The notes: generated by a model not told the origin, from the letters alone. Positions 26,832 to 34,610 are shown, counted from the first letter of the stretch. The stretch: 39,538 bases of DNA from Kiritimatiellia bacterium (GCA_035450765.1 DAOTNL010000003.1:1-39538), one strand, 5' to 3'. Numbers and translations: made by a program.

Positions 26832-27303
26832 CGGTCTCAAAATGGATCAAGATATCAATGGGCCATCGCCGTACCCGGCAAGGCGCCGGGTCTGACGTTC
26901 CAGGTGGTCTCGGACCTACGCCAGGGCTCGGCAAGATTCCCGCCTCGGTAAACATGGCTCGCCGGTGTTCATCCAACCGCCTTGCGAACGCACGGATAAA
27001 ACCGCATCGAGATAATACGGTCAGATGATCTGACGAAATCAGGCGGCATGCGGCGAATGTTCCAGCAGATGCGCATTCGCGCAGCGCGCAGATATTCACG
27101 TCGTTAACAGGCTTATCCACAAAGTTATCGTCGGGGTCGAAACGCCGACATCCCGGGCCGGCCCACAACATATAGGGATCACGCATATCCACTAAGCAAC
27201 ATAATATGTATTATGCGACGATAATGGATTGCCCGTGGCAGGGGTTTGGAGCCCAACGTCTGATCATTCCCTGAAGTAAGCGCTTCCGATTCTCCGTCGG
27301 CGC

Positions 27304-27341
27304 AAAGAAATGGCCCGGATCCGCCGAAGCAGATCCGGGCC
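27304..27341 (-). terminator. Rho-independent terminator after rubredoxin
   Basis: Perfect 10-bp inverted repeat GGCCCGGATC-N10-GATCCGGGCC (27312-27341), followed on the minus strand by ATTTCTTTG. Confidence 0.6.
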
Positions 27342-27361
27342 GATCGACCTGTCGAGGTCGC

Positions 27362-27520
27362 TTATTCTTGCGCGACGAAGGAATCCTTGCCGACGCCGCA
27401 GACGGGACAAACCCAGGAATCCGGGATGTCTTCGAACTTCGTGCCGGGCGCGATGCCGCCATCCGGATCGCCGACGGCCGGGTCATACACGTAGCCGCAC
27501 ACGGTGCACAGGTATTTCAT
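27362..27520 (-). CDS. Rubredoxin
   Basis: 52 aa from ATG 27520 (AGGAGGAG SD). [14 protein letters not shown]...WVCPVCG carries both CxxCG knuckles. Confidence 0.9.
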   Translation of the reverse strand: MKYLCTVCGYVYDPAVGDPDGGIAPGTKFEDIPDSWVCPVCGVGKDSFVAQE

Positions 27521-27549
27521 GGATCTCCTCCTGGGTTGGGTTTTGTTTC

Positions 27550-28641
27550 TTAAAGGATCGTTTCGCGGTTCTGCTGGGTCCGCAACCGGGCCAACAGCCC
27601 CTTGATGTCCTGGGACCGGGCCTTGCTGCAGACCAGCGTCACGCCTTCGGCCTGGACGACCACCAGGTCGTCCACGCCGACGAGCGCCGTCAGCCGGCCA
27701 TCGCTGACCACGATGTTGCGGGCGCTGTCCAGCGCCTCCACGTCGCCCTTCGTGGCGTTGCCTTGGCCATCCTTGGGCAAATGGGATTCCAGCGCCGGCC
27801 AGGAGCCGACGTCGTCCCAGGCGAAGGTGCCTTTGCAGACCACGAGGTTGCGGGCTTTTTCCATGACCGCGTAATCGATGGAAATTTTGTCCAAACCGGG
27901 AAAATCGCGTTCCAGCGCCGCCTGGAACGCGGCGTCGTCCGAACAAGCCGACCAGGCTTCGATCCGTTCCGCCAACGCCGGCCGGAATTCCTCAAAGGCC
28001 TTGAGGATGTTGCGGACGGACCAGACGAACATCCCGGAATTCCAGGCATAGCGCCCGGTGGCCAAGTAGCCGCGGGCGGTTTCGGCGTCGGGCTTTTCCA
28101 CGAAGCGCCGGACCTGGAAAAATTCGACGTCGCCCGATTTCCGCCACCGGTCGCCGGCCTCGATGTAGCCGTAGGCGCTGCTGGGTTCCGATGGATTGAT
28201 CCCGATGGTCATCAGCACGTCGTTTTGCGCGCACAATTCCATGCCCCGTTCCAGGATGTCCCGGAACGTCGGCAGGTTGCCGATCACGTGGTCGGCGGTC
28301 AGGACGCAGAAGACCGCTTCGGGATCGCGCCGCTTGATCCAAGCGGCGCCGGCGGCGATGGCCGCCGCCGTGTCCCGCCCCACGGGCTCGCCCAGGACGC
28401 CGACCGGACTCCCCTGCCCCAGCATTTCGCGGATCGGAGCCACCAGGGATTCGTTCGTGACGATCAGGATCCGATCGGGAGCAACCAAGCCGGCCAGGCG
28501 GTCGACCGCCTGCAGGATCAAGGGCTTGCCGCCCGCCAGATCCAGCAATTGCTTGGGCCGTCGGGCCGTGCTCAGCGGCCAGAACCGCTCCCCTTTCCCG
28601 CCGGCCATGATGACCGCATAGGCATGTTGCAGATTTGCCAT
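27550..28641 (-). CDS. manC: Mannose-1-phosphate guanylyltransferase
   Basis: ORF 27550-28680 opens with a TTG start. ATG 28641 ([24 protein letters not shown]) gives the normal spacing to the GGxGxRxxPLS motif. Confidence 0.85.
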   Translation of the reverse strand: MANLQHAYAVIMAGGKGERFWPLSTARRPKQLLDLAGGKPLILQAVDRLAGLVAPDRILIVTNESLVAPIREMLGQGSPVGVLGEPVGRDTAAAIAAGAAWIKRRDPEAVFCVLTADHVIGNLPTFRDILERGMELCAQNDVLMTIGINPSEPSSAYGYIEAGDRWRKSGDVEFFQVRRFVEKPDAETARGYLATGRYAWNSGMFVWSVRNILKAFEEFRPALAERIEAWSACSDDAAFQAALERDFPGLDKISIDYAVMEKARNLVVCKGTFAWDDVGSWPALESHLPKDGQGNATKGDVEALDSARNIVVSDGRLTALVGVDDLVVVQAEGVTLVCSKARSQDIKGLLARLRTQQNRETIL

Positions 28642-28653
28642 GACTTTCCCGGA

Positions 28654-28672
28654 TTTTCCACGTCGCGGAAAA
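28654..28672. promoter_or_regulatory. 19-bp palindrome TTTTCCACG-T-CGCGGAAAA (second copy of the 4024 motif)
   Basis: Read directly. Lies 12 nt upstream of the manC ATG. The 21-mer matches 4024-4044 at 19 of 21 positions. Confidence 0.45.
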
Positions 28673-28739
28673 ATGTTCAACGCTATTTCCGTGCCGAAAT
28701 TTCGGAGGTCGGCACGGTGGCCTTGCCCGGCATCGGCCG

Positions 28740-31031
28740 CTATGGCGATGCGTCCTCGGGACGGGCGTTCGACAACGCCGCTTCCAGCTCTTTGCGGGCG
28801 TCTTCCAGCTTCTTTTCCAGGACGCGGGCTTCTTCGGTCAAGCGCGCCATGCGTTCCTCGGCCGCCTGGCGGGCGGACCTTTCGGCCTCGATCCGCGCGG
28901 CGTCTTCCGCCGGTTTCGCGGCAGTCGGTTCGGCGGGCGGGGCCGGCAAGGTCGCTTCCGGCTTCTGGCTTTCCAGGCGGCGCAGGTCTTCCGCCACGCG
29001 CGCCATTTGCTGTTCGGCCTCGCGCCGCGCGGCCTCTTCGGCGACCAAACGCGCCGCGGCCGCTTCGGCGATGAGTTGTCCTTGCCGGGCGGCATCCCGG
29101 GCGGCGCGCAACTCGGCTTCCCGCCGGGCGTTTTCGGCCGCGGCTTGCGCAGCCAGTTCGGCCACCCGGGCCGCCGCCTGCATTTCGGCTTCTTGCTGGA
29201 TCCGGATACGGTTGGCTTCGGTCTGCAAATTCAGGATTTCGCTCTCCAGCCGGGCAATATTCCGTTCGACCGTTTGGCGCGATTGCTCCTCTTGGGCCAG
29301 CATCCGGGCGGCTTCGCCCGCCATTTCATTGCCGCGCACGGCCATTTCGCGGGTGATCCGCAACACTTCGTCCTGCTGGGCGGCTTGAGCTTCCAGTTGC
29401 GCCTGGCGCGCGGCGGCCCGGGCCGCTTCCTGTGCGGCCATTTCGCTGCGGATTCGTTCGAGGGTCGCCGCTTTTTCGGCTTCGATGGTTCGCACTTCGG
29501 CCTCGGCGGTGCTTTGGCGCGCGGCAAGTTCGGCCAGTTGACGCTCCGCGGCCTGGCGGCGAGCCTGCTCCACCGCGATGATGCGTTCGAGTTCCTGGGC
29601 CTCGCGGATGGCGTTTTCGGCCTGTCGCTTTTCCGCGGCGATCCGTTCCGCCTCCTCCTGCAAGCGGCGGGCATCGGCTTCGGCCTGCGCGGCAATGGCC
29701 CGGGCTTGCGCCTCGGCTTCCTCGCGGGCGCGGGCCTCGGCCTTCCGGCGCTCCCGTTCCGCCTGCGCGGCGGCCTTGGCGGCCCGAGCCTCTTCTTCGG
29801 CGCGACGCTCCGCTTCGAGACGCGCCTGCTTTTCGGCAGATCTCCGTTCCTCTGCTTCGAGCTTCGCCTTCCGTTCGGCCGCAGCCTTCTGTTCGGCGGC
29901 AATGCGGCGGGCATCGGCTTCGGCCTGCGCGGCAATGGCCCGGGCTTGCGCCTCGGCTTCCTCGCGGGCGCGGGCCTCGGCCTTCTGGCGCTCCCGTTCC
30001 GCCTGCGCGGCGGCTTTGGCGGCCCGAGCCTCTTCCTCGGCGCGGCGTTCGGCTTCTAGACGCGCCTGCTTTTCGGCCGCCTTCTTTTCCTTGGCTTCCA
30101 ACTTGGCCTGTTCTTCTTGGGCCAGGCGCTGGGCTTCGGCGTTCGCTTCCGCTTCGGCTTTCTGGCGTTCCCGTTCCGCTTGTGCAACGGCTTTGGCCTC
30201 TTCTTCGGCGCGGCGCTCGGCTTCGAGGCGCGCCTGCTTTTCGGCCGCCTTCCGTTGCTTGGCTTCCAGTTTGGCTTGCCGTTCGGCTTCCGCCTTCTGT
30301 TTGGCGACCGCGGCTTTATCCTTCGCTACGGCTTCTTCGCGGGCCCGTGCGGCGGCCTTGGCGGCCTGCGCCTCTTTTTTGGCGCGCTTCTTGGCCTCCA
30401 ACCGGGCCTGTTTTTCCGCGGTTTTATTGTCGGCAGCCTCGGCCGGAGCGGCCTGTTCCGCAGTCGGCGGGGGGGCCTCCACGGAAGGCGGCAGCACGAC
30501 TTCAAATCCTCCCTCTCCTCCTCCGGCGTCCAGGATCTTCGCCTCGATGAGCGGCGGCGATTCGCCCGTTTGCTCTGCCGCCGGGGTTGCTTCAGGATGC
30601 GGCGCAAAAGCATCCACCCATTGTTCGCGACCGGCTTCTTCCGTACGGATAAAGCAGGCATCGACGACGACATGGAATTCTCCATCCGTCTGATCGACGA
30701 TTCCCGCAAAGAAATAGTCCCGGCTAGGATCGAGGTTTTGGAACGGCCGGGTCAAATGGGCGGGAACCCAAACCAAGCCGGCGCCGGCCAATTTCATGGC
30801 GCGATGCCGAACGCCGTCTCCGAGTTTTTTCGCCGGTCCCGAAGGCGGAGTCTCGATTTTGTCCGGAAACGAGATCGCGCGCGCCCACCAATTGCCGGGA
30901 TTCGCCTGGAGCTCGGCCGCATCGACTTTGGCATAGGCCGCCATGTCCGGCCGCGCCGCCGCTTGATGGGATGCCGATCCCACCCATCCCAGCATGATCG
31001 CCAAGCACACGTATTTCGGTTTCATCGGCAT
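28740..31031 (-). CDS. Exported E/R/A/K/Q-rich long-helix repeat protein (763 aa), paralog of the 851-aa gene
   Basis: Start at ATG 31031 or, better spaced from the GAGG SD, ATG 31025 (MKPKY...). Signal peptide, then a ~100-aa N-terminal domain shared with the 31975-34530 product, then ~550 aa of AEKQARLEAERRAEEEA-type repeats. Confidence 0.7.
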   Translation of the reverse strand: MPMKPKYVCLAIMLGWVGSASHQAAARPDMAAYAKVDAAELQANPGNWWARAISFPDKIETPPSGPAKKLGDGVRHRAMKLAGAGLVWVPAHLTRPFQNLDPSRDYFFAGIVDQTDGEFHVVVDACFIRTEEAGREQWVDAFAPHPEATPAAEQTGESPPLIEAKILDAGGGEGGFEVVLPPSVEAPPPTAEQAAPAEAADNKTAEKQARLEAKKRAKKEAQAAKAAARAREEAVAKDKAAVAKQKAEAERQAKLEAKQRKAAEKQARLEAERRAEEEAKAVAQAERERQKAEAEANAEAQRLAQEEQAKLEAKEKKAAEKQARLEAERRAEEEARAAKAAAQAERERQKAEARAREEAEAQARAIAAQAEADARRIAAEQKAAAERKAKLEAEERRSAEKQARLEAERRAEEEARAAKAAAQAERERRKAEARAREEAEAQARAIAAQAEADARRLQEEAERIAAEKRQAENAIREAQELERIIAVEQARRQAAERQLAELAARQSTAEAEVRTIEAEKAATLERIRSEMAAQEAARAAARQAQLEAQAAQQDEVLRITREMAVRGNEMAGEAARMLAQEEQSRQTVERNIARLESEILNLQTEANRIRIQQEAEMQAAARVAELAAQAAAENARREAELRAARDAARQGQLIAEAAAARLVAEEAARREAEQQMARVAEDLRRLESQKPEATLPAPPAEPTAAKPAEDAARIEAERSARQAAEERMARLTEEARVLEKKLEDARKELEAALSNARPEDASP
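29664..30077 (-). repeat. Two ~174-bp near-identical coding copies (29664-29837 and 29904-30077), 240-bp period
   Basis: Line-by-line comparison at offset 240 shows 7 mismatches in 174 nt. A third, more diverged partial copy lies at about 30178-30283. Confidence 0.85.
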
Positions 31032-31135
31032 GCCTCTTCTCTCGAAAAACCGCTTCCGGCTTCTGGACCGCGGCCATCCGCAATGATCCTACATGGGTTG
31101 GCTGGACTTGCAAAGGGCTTTCGCGGGGTTGGCCA

Positions 31136-31999
31136 TCAATAGGACATGGGTTGCGCCCACTCGGGATCGGCTCCGGAACCCGCCGGCAAGAGTAGCGGTA
31201 GTGGCGGGGAAACCTGGCCGGCGGCACTTGGGGTGCGGCGGGTGTCCTGCGCCTCGGCGGCGCGGCTCGCCCGACGCGCCAGCCGTTCCTGCCGGTCGCG
31301 CTCTTCCTCCAGTAGAGCCTGTTGCCGGACTTGCCGCTCGGCTTCGGCCTGCTCTGCCCGCACCGTGGCGGCCTTGGTTTTCTCGGCCTCGGCGGCGAGC
31401 AAAGCCGCGGTGGCCGCCGCCTTGCGGTCGGCTGCGGTTTTCAGGCGGCGCTCCTGCGCCGCGCGCTGGACGCGGGCCGCCGCGGCTTGTTTTCGCAAGG
31501 ATTCCGCTTCGCGTTTGGCCTGCGCCGCTTCGCGTTCTTTTTGCTTGGCGGCCAGCGCTCGAGCCGAGCGCTGGGACGCGGCCTGCCGCGCGGCTTCGCG
31601 TTGGGCGGTTTTCTCGGCGGCGGATCGGGCCCGTGCGTACTCCCGGGCCAATTGCTTCTCGGTTAATCGGCGCTCGCGTTCGGCCTGTTGCGCTTCCTGT
31701 TCGATCCGGCGGATGTCCCGAGCCGCGCGCCGGTCGTATTGTTCGCGCTCGCGCTGTTTGCGGGCGGCCGTTTGCCGGACCTGTTCCCGCTCCCAGGGGG
31801 TCGGTTCCGTGCTGACCAGCGACACCACGTTCGGCCTTCCCGTGGTATCCGGAACGGGCTTGCGCGACTGCGGAGACGCGGGCCCGGAATGGGCGCAACC
31901 CAGAATGAAGCCCGCCATCCAAACGCCGGCGAAGGCCAAGATTGACCGCGGCCGCCGCGGGGATTCGAAGCCGCCTAGAACTGGACCGGCTGCATCCAT
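31136..31999 (-). CDS. Lipoprotein with E/R/A/K/Q-rich helical body (287 aa)
   Basis: RRPRSILAFAGVWMAGFILGC lipobox, then a charged helix (REREQYDRRAARDIRRIEQEAQQAERERR...). Tail DPEWAQPMSY. The start overlaps the upstream gene by 25 nt. Confidence 0.6.
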   Translation of the reverse strand: MDAAGPVLGGFESPRRPRSILAFAGVWMAGFILGCAHSGPASPQSRKPVPDTTGRPNVVSLVSTEPTPWEREQVRQTAARKQREREQYDRRAARDIRRIEQEAQQAERERRLTEKQLAREYARARSAAEKTAQREAARQAASQRSARALAAKQKEREAAQAKREAESLRKQAAAARVQRAAQERRLKTAADRKAAATAALLAAEAEKTKAATVRAEQAEAERQVRQQALLEEERDRQERLARRASRAAEAQDTRRTPSAAGQVSPPLPLLLPAGSGADPEWAQPMSY

Positions 32000-34530
32000 T
32001 CGGGCAATTCGCCGGAATCGATGGCCTTTTGCAATTCTTCCGCAGCCTGGATCTTCGCTTTTTCGGCCTGGGCTTTCTTCTCGGCCGCTTCGGCTTGGGC
32101 GGCGGCTTTCGCGGCTTCCTTGGCGGCGCGCTCGGCCTCGAGCTGCGCCTTTTTCTCGGCGGCAGCCTGCTTGCGTTTTTCAAGTTCCGCTTCTTTTTCC
32201 GCCTGGGCGGCCAGCCGTTTCCGATTCGCCTCTTCCGCCTTTTCGTCCTTCGCGGATTCCGCGGAAGCCGGTTCGGGCTGCGCCAGTTCCGGGGCCGGTT
32301 CTGCGGCCGGCAGCGCCACGACCGGAGCCAAGCCGTTCTTGATTTCCGTCTTGGTGCGCTGGGTCTGGTTTTCCAGTTGGCGGGTTTCCGATTCCACCTG
32401 GGCCATTTGGCGTTCGATTTCCTCGGCGGCGGCTTTTTCTTCCGCAATGCGCGCGGCGGCGGCTTCGGCTTCCCGGCGTTCGAATTCGGCGACTTCCTGG
32501 GCGATGCGGATGGATTCTTCCTGCCGGGCCTTTTCGGCGGCCAGCTGGGCTGCGCGCTCGGCGGCGGCCGCGGCGGCCTTGGCGGCAACTTCTTCCTGCA
32601 TCTTCTGCAGCGCCGCTTGCTTGGATTCCTCCACGGCGCGCAGCGCCGCTTCGGCTTCCGCCTTGCGGGCGACCATCTCCGCCAACCGTTGTTCGGTCGC
32701 GATCCGCTTCGCGGCGGCCGCTTCCACCTGCTTGCGGAGCTCTTCGGCGCGGCGCATGGCCAATTCAGCCTGTTTTTGCTCCTCGCGGATGCGTTCTTCG
32801 GCGATTTTCTGCTGCTTGCGGGCTTCGGCTTCCGCCTTGCGGGCTTCCGCCTGCGCCTTGCGTTCGGCGAGTTCGCGCGCCTCGGCTTCCGCTTCGGCTT
32901 TCTCGCGCTCGGCGCGCTCGCGGGCGATCTGGGCGCGCCGGGCTTCCTTTTCGGCGCGCTTGGCTTCCTTGGCGGCCTTGGCCTCGGCGATTTCGCGTTC
33001 GCGCTCGGCGATGGCCGCCATTTTCCGGATGCGGGCCAGTTCTTCCTTGGTCGGCTCCACGCTGACCATCGGCACGACTTCGGGCTGCCCCGTCAGCGGC
33101 ATGACCAGCATGCTGCTCGGCGGCGGAGCCACTGGGCCGGGGGTCGTTTCCGGACCCGCGGGCGCGACGAACTCGGCCGCTTGCGCTTGCTGGATTTCTT
33201 CATCGAGCGTCGGCCCCGGCTGGAATTCGAGCGTCGTTTCGACCTCTTCCGGCGCCGGCATCGGCTCGGGCATGGCGGATTCCGCCGCGACCGGTTCCGC
33301 AACGGGCGGTTCGACGGCCAGTTCTTCCGCGGGCGCCAGTTCAGCGGACTTCTTCGACTTCTTGTGCTTCTTCTTACTCTCTTTTCGGTCGGGAGTTCCC
33401 TCGTCCGCGGCGGCGATCGCCGTCGGCTCGGTCGCGGCCGCTTCTGCCACCGCGGGTTCGACGGACACCGGCACTTCCGCGGGCGTTTCCACGGCGACTT
33501 CCGGAGCGGCGGCGACCGGTTCTTCCGCCGCGACTTCCGGCGCCGCTTCGACGGCGGGAGCGACCGCCGCTTCTTCAGTAGCCACGGCTTCCGGAACGAC
33601 GGCCGGCTCTTCCGGCGCCGGGGCTTCTTCCGGCGTTTCGGGCTGCGGAGCGACGGCGACTTCCTCGACCACGGCCGCAGGCGCTTCCTCCACGACGGCC
33701 GCCGGCGGTTCAGGCGCCGGGACGGCATCTTGGACCGGCGGCGCAACCGGCGCGGGCTCGGCGGGTGCGATCGGCTCCGCCGGGGGCAAGGCCTGCGCGG
33801 CGTTCTGCTCCGCCACCTGGCGCGACTCGTCGAGAACGGCTTGCTTCTGGAGCAGCGCCAGCACCGAGCCGATCATCAGCTCCTCCGCGGTCTTGTTCTG
33901 GGCCTTCAGTTCGCCCTGCAGCGCATCGGCCACGAGTTTCTCCGCGATGCGCTGGCCGCCGTCGGTTTGGGCTTCGATGAGCTGGGCCACGGTCACGTTG
34001 CTTTCCTGGGCCAGCTGGATGAGGCGATTCTGGGCCTCGAGCAACAGGGCCTGCATCGCCGTTTCGGAAAGCCGGGCCTGAGCGTCCGCAGGCGTGTTTT
34101 CGGCGTTGAGCATGTCCGTCCAGCGCTCGCTCATGTCCTGCGCGGTCTGCACCCGGTAGCACGCGTCCACGATGACGTAGTAGCGCCGCGAGATCTGGTC
34201 CACCGTGCCGGCGAACGAATAGGTCTGGCCGACCTGGAGATTCATGAATTTGCCCGCCAGCGCTTCCGGCACCCAGACGGTCTTCGCCGTCGCCAATTTC
34301 ATCGGCAGGAAATTCTTGCGGTCGAGGCGCTGGGGCCGGCCGGCCGGGAGCTGCTCGACGACGTCGGAGAACAGAATGGCGCGCGCCCAGGCGCTTTGCG
34401 GGCTGCTGACCAGAGACGCCGCCTCGATCTTGGAGTAGGAATCCGGAGAAGGAGCCGTGCCGGCCGCCCAGGCCAGGGCTCCTGCCGCCATCCCCGTCGC
34501 CATCGCCAAGGCCATTTTTTTCGGTTTCAT
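31975..34530 (-). CDS. Exported multi-region protein (851 aa): shared N-domain, acidic P/A/E/V spacer, E/R/A/K/Q-rich helix
   Basis: MKPKKMALAMATGMAAGALAWA signal peptide. N-domain is collinear with the 763-aa paralog (WARAI, VWVP, FAGxVDQ, VDAC). KKKHKKSKKS patch. About 350 aa of charged helix. Tail LPEWMQPVQF. Confidence 0.7.
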   Translation of the reverse strand: MKPKKMALAMATGMAAGALAWAAGTAPSPDSYSKIEAASLVSSPQSAWARAILFSDVVEQLPAGRPQRLDRKNFLPMKLATAKTVWVPEALAGKFMNLQVGQTYSFAGTVDQISRRYYVIVDACYRVQTAQDMSERWTDMLNAENTPADAQARLSETAMQALLLEAQNRLIQLAQESNVTVAQLIEAQTDGGQRIAEKLVADALQGELKAQNKTAEELMIGSVLALLQKQAVLDESRQVAEQNAAQALPPAEPIAPAEPAPVAPPVQDAVPAPEPPAAVVEEAPAAVVEEVAVAPQPETPEEAPAPEEPAVVPEAVATEEAAVAPAVEAAPEVAAEEPVAAAPEVAVETPAEVPVSVEPAVAEAAATEPTAIAAADEGTPDRKESKKKHKKSKKSAELAPAEELAVEPPVAEPVAAESAMPEPMPAPEEVETTLEFQPGPTLDEEIQQAQAAEFVAPAGPETTPGPVAPPPSSMLVMPLTGQPEVVPMVSVEPTKEELARIRKMAAIAEREREIAEAKAAKEAKRAEKEARRAQIARERAEREKAEAEAEARELAERKAQAEARKAEAEARKQQKIAEERIREEQKQAELAMRRAEELRKQVEAAAAKRIATEQRLAEMVARKAEAEAALRAVEESKQAALQKMQEEVAAKAAAAAAERAAQLAAEKARQEESIRIAQEVAEFERREAEAAAARIAEEKAAAEEIERQMAQVESETRQLENQTQRTKTEIKNGLAPVVALPAAEPAPELAQPEPASAESAKDEKAEEANRKRLAAQAEKEAELEKRKQAAAEKKAQLEAERAAKEAAKAAAQAEAAEKKAQAEKAKIQAAEELQKAIDSGELPEWMQPVQF

Positions 34531-34610
34531 AGTTGGGCTGTCTTCTCCAAAAATATTCGTTATTTGTATATCGCCCCGGGGGGCGAGGCAAGCCTATCCT
34601 CGTCAAGATT

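Noticed and set aside
26785-27192. 135-aa minus-strand ORF in the lower-GC gap
   Set aside because: It has a GTG start with no SD and no recognisable family. Its C-terminal part reads straight through the dctM terminator hairpin. I treat it as non-coding or a remnant; the region itself is reported as a finding.
26770-27360. tRNA, tmRNA, RNase P or SRP RNA in the only large intergenic gap
   Set aside because: No T-loop-like GGTTCGAATCC-type arm with a matching stem, no tmRNA ends, and no GAGGAAAGTCC (RNase P) or SRP domain IV-like motifs were visible by eye. This cannot be excluded without a covariance-model scan.
28642-28680. Upstream alternative starts from the ORF track (manC TTG 28680; also 350, 4045, 5662, 8465, 12516, 18831, 37483, 39385)
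   Set aside because: Each extension lacks an SD, overlaps a neighbouring gene or regulatory palindrome, or precedes an internal ATG with a good SD that gives a family-typical N-terminus or signal peptide.
29664-30283. Tandem repeats considered as a possible CRISPR array or minisatellite
   Set aside because: The repeats are 174+ nt, lie inside an open reading frame, keep the frame (240- and 168-nt offsets) and have no unique spacers. They are coding duplications.
28740-34530. Labelling the E/R/A/K-rich proteins as TolA
   Set aside because: Only the low-complexity charged helix resembles TolA domain II. These proteins have cleavable or lipoprotein signals instead of the TolA N-terminal anchor, different terminal domains, and no tolQRB-pal neighbours. 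Compositional similarity is not homology.
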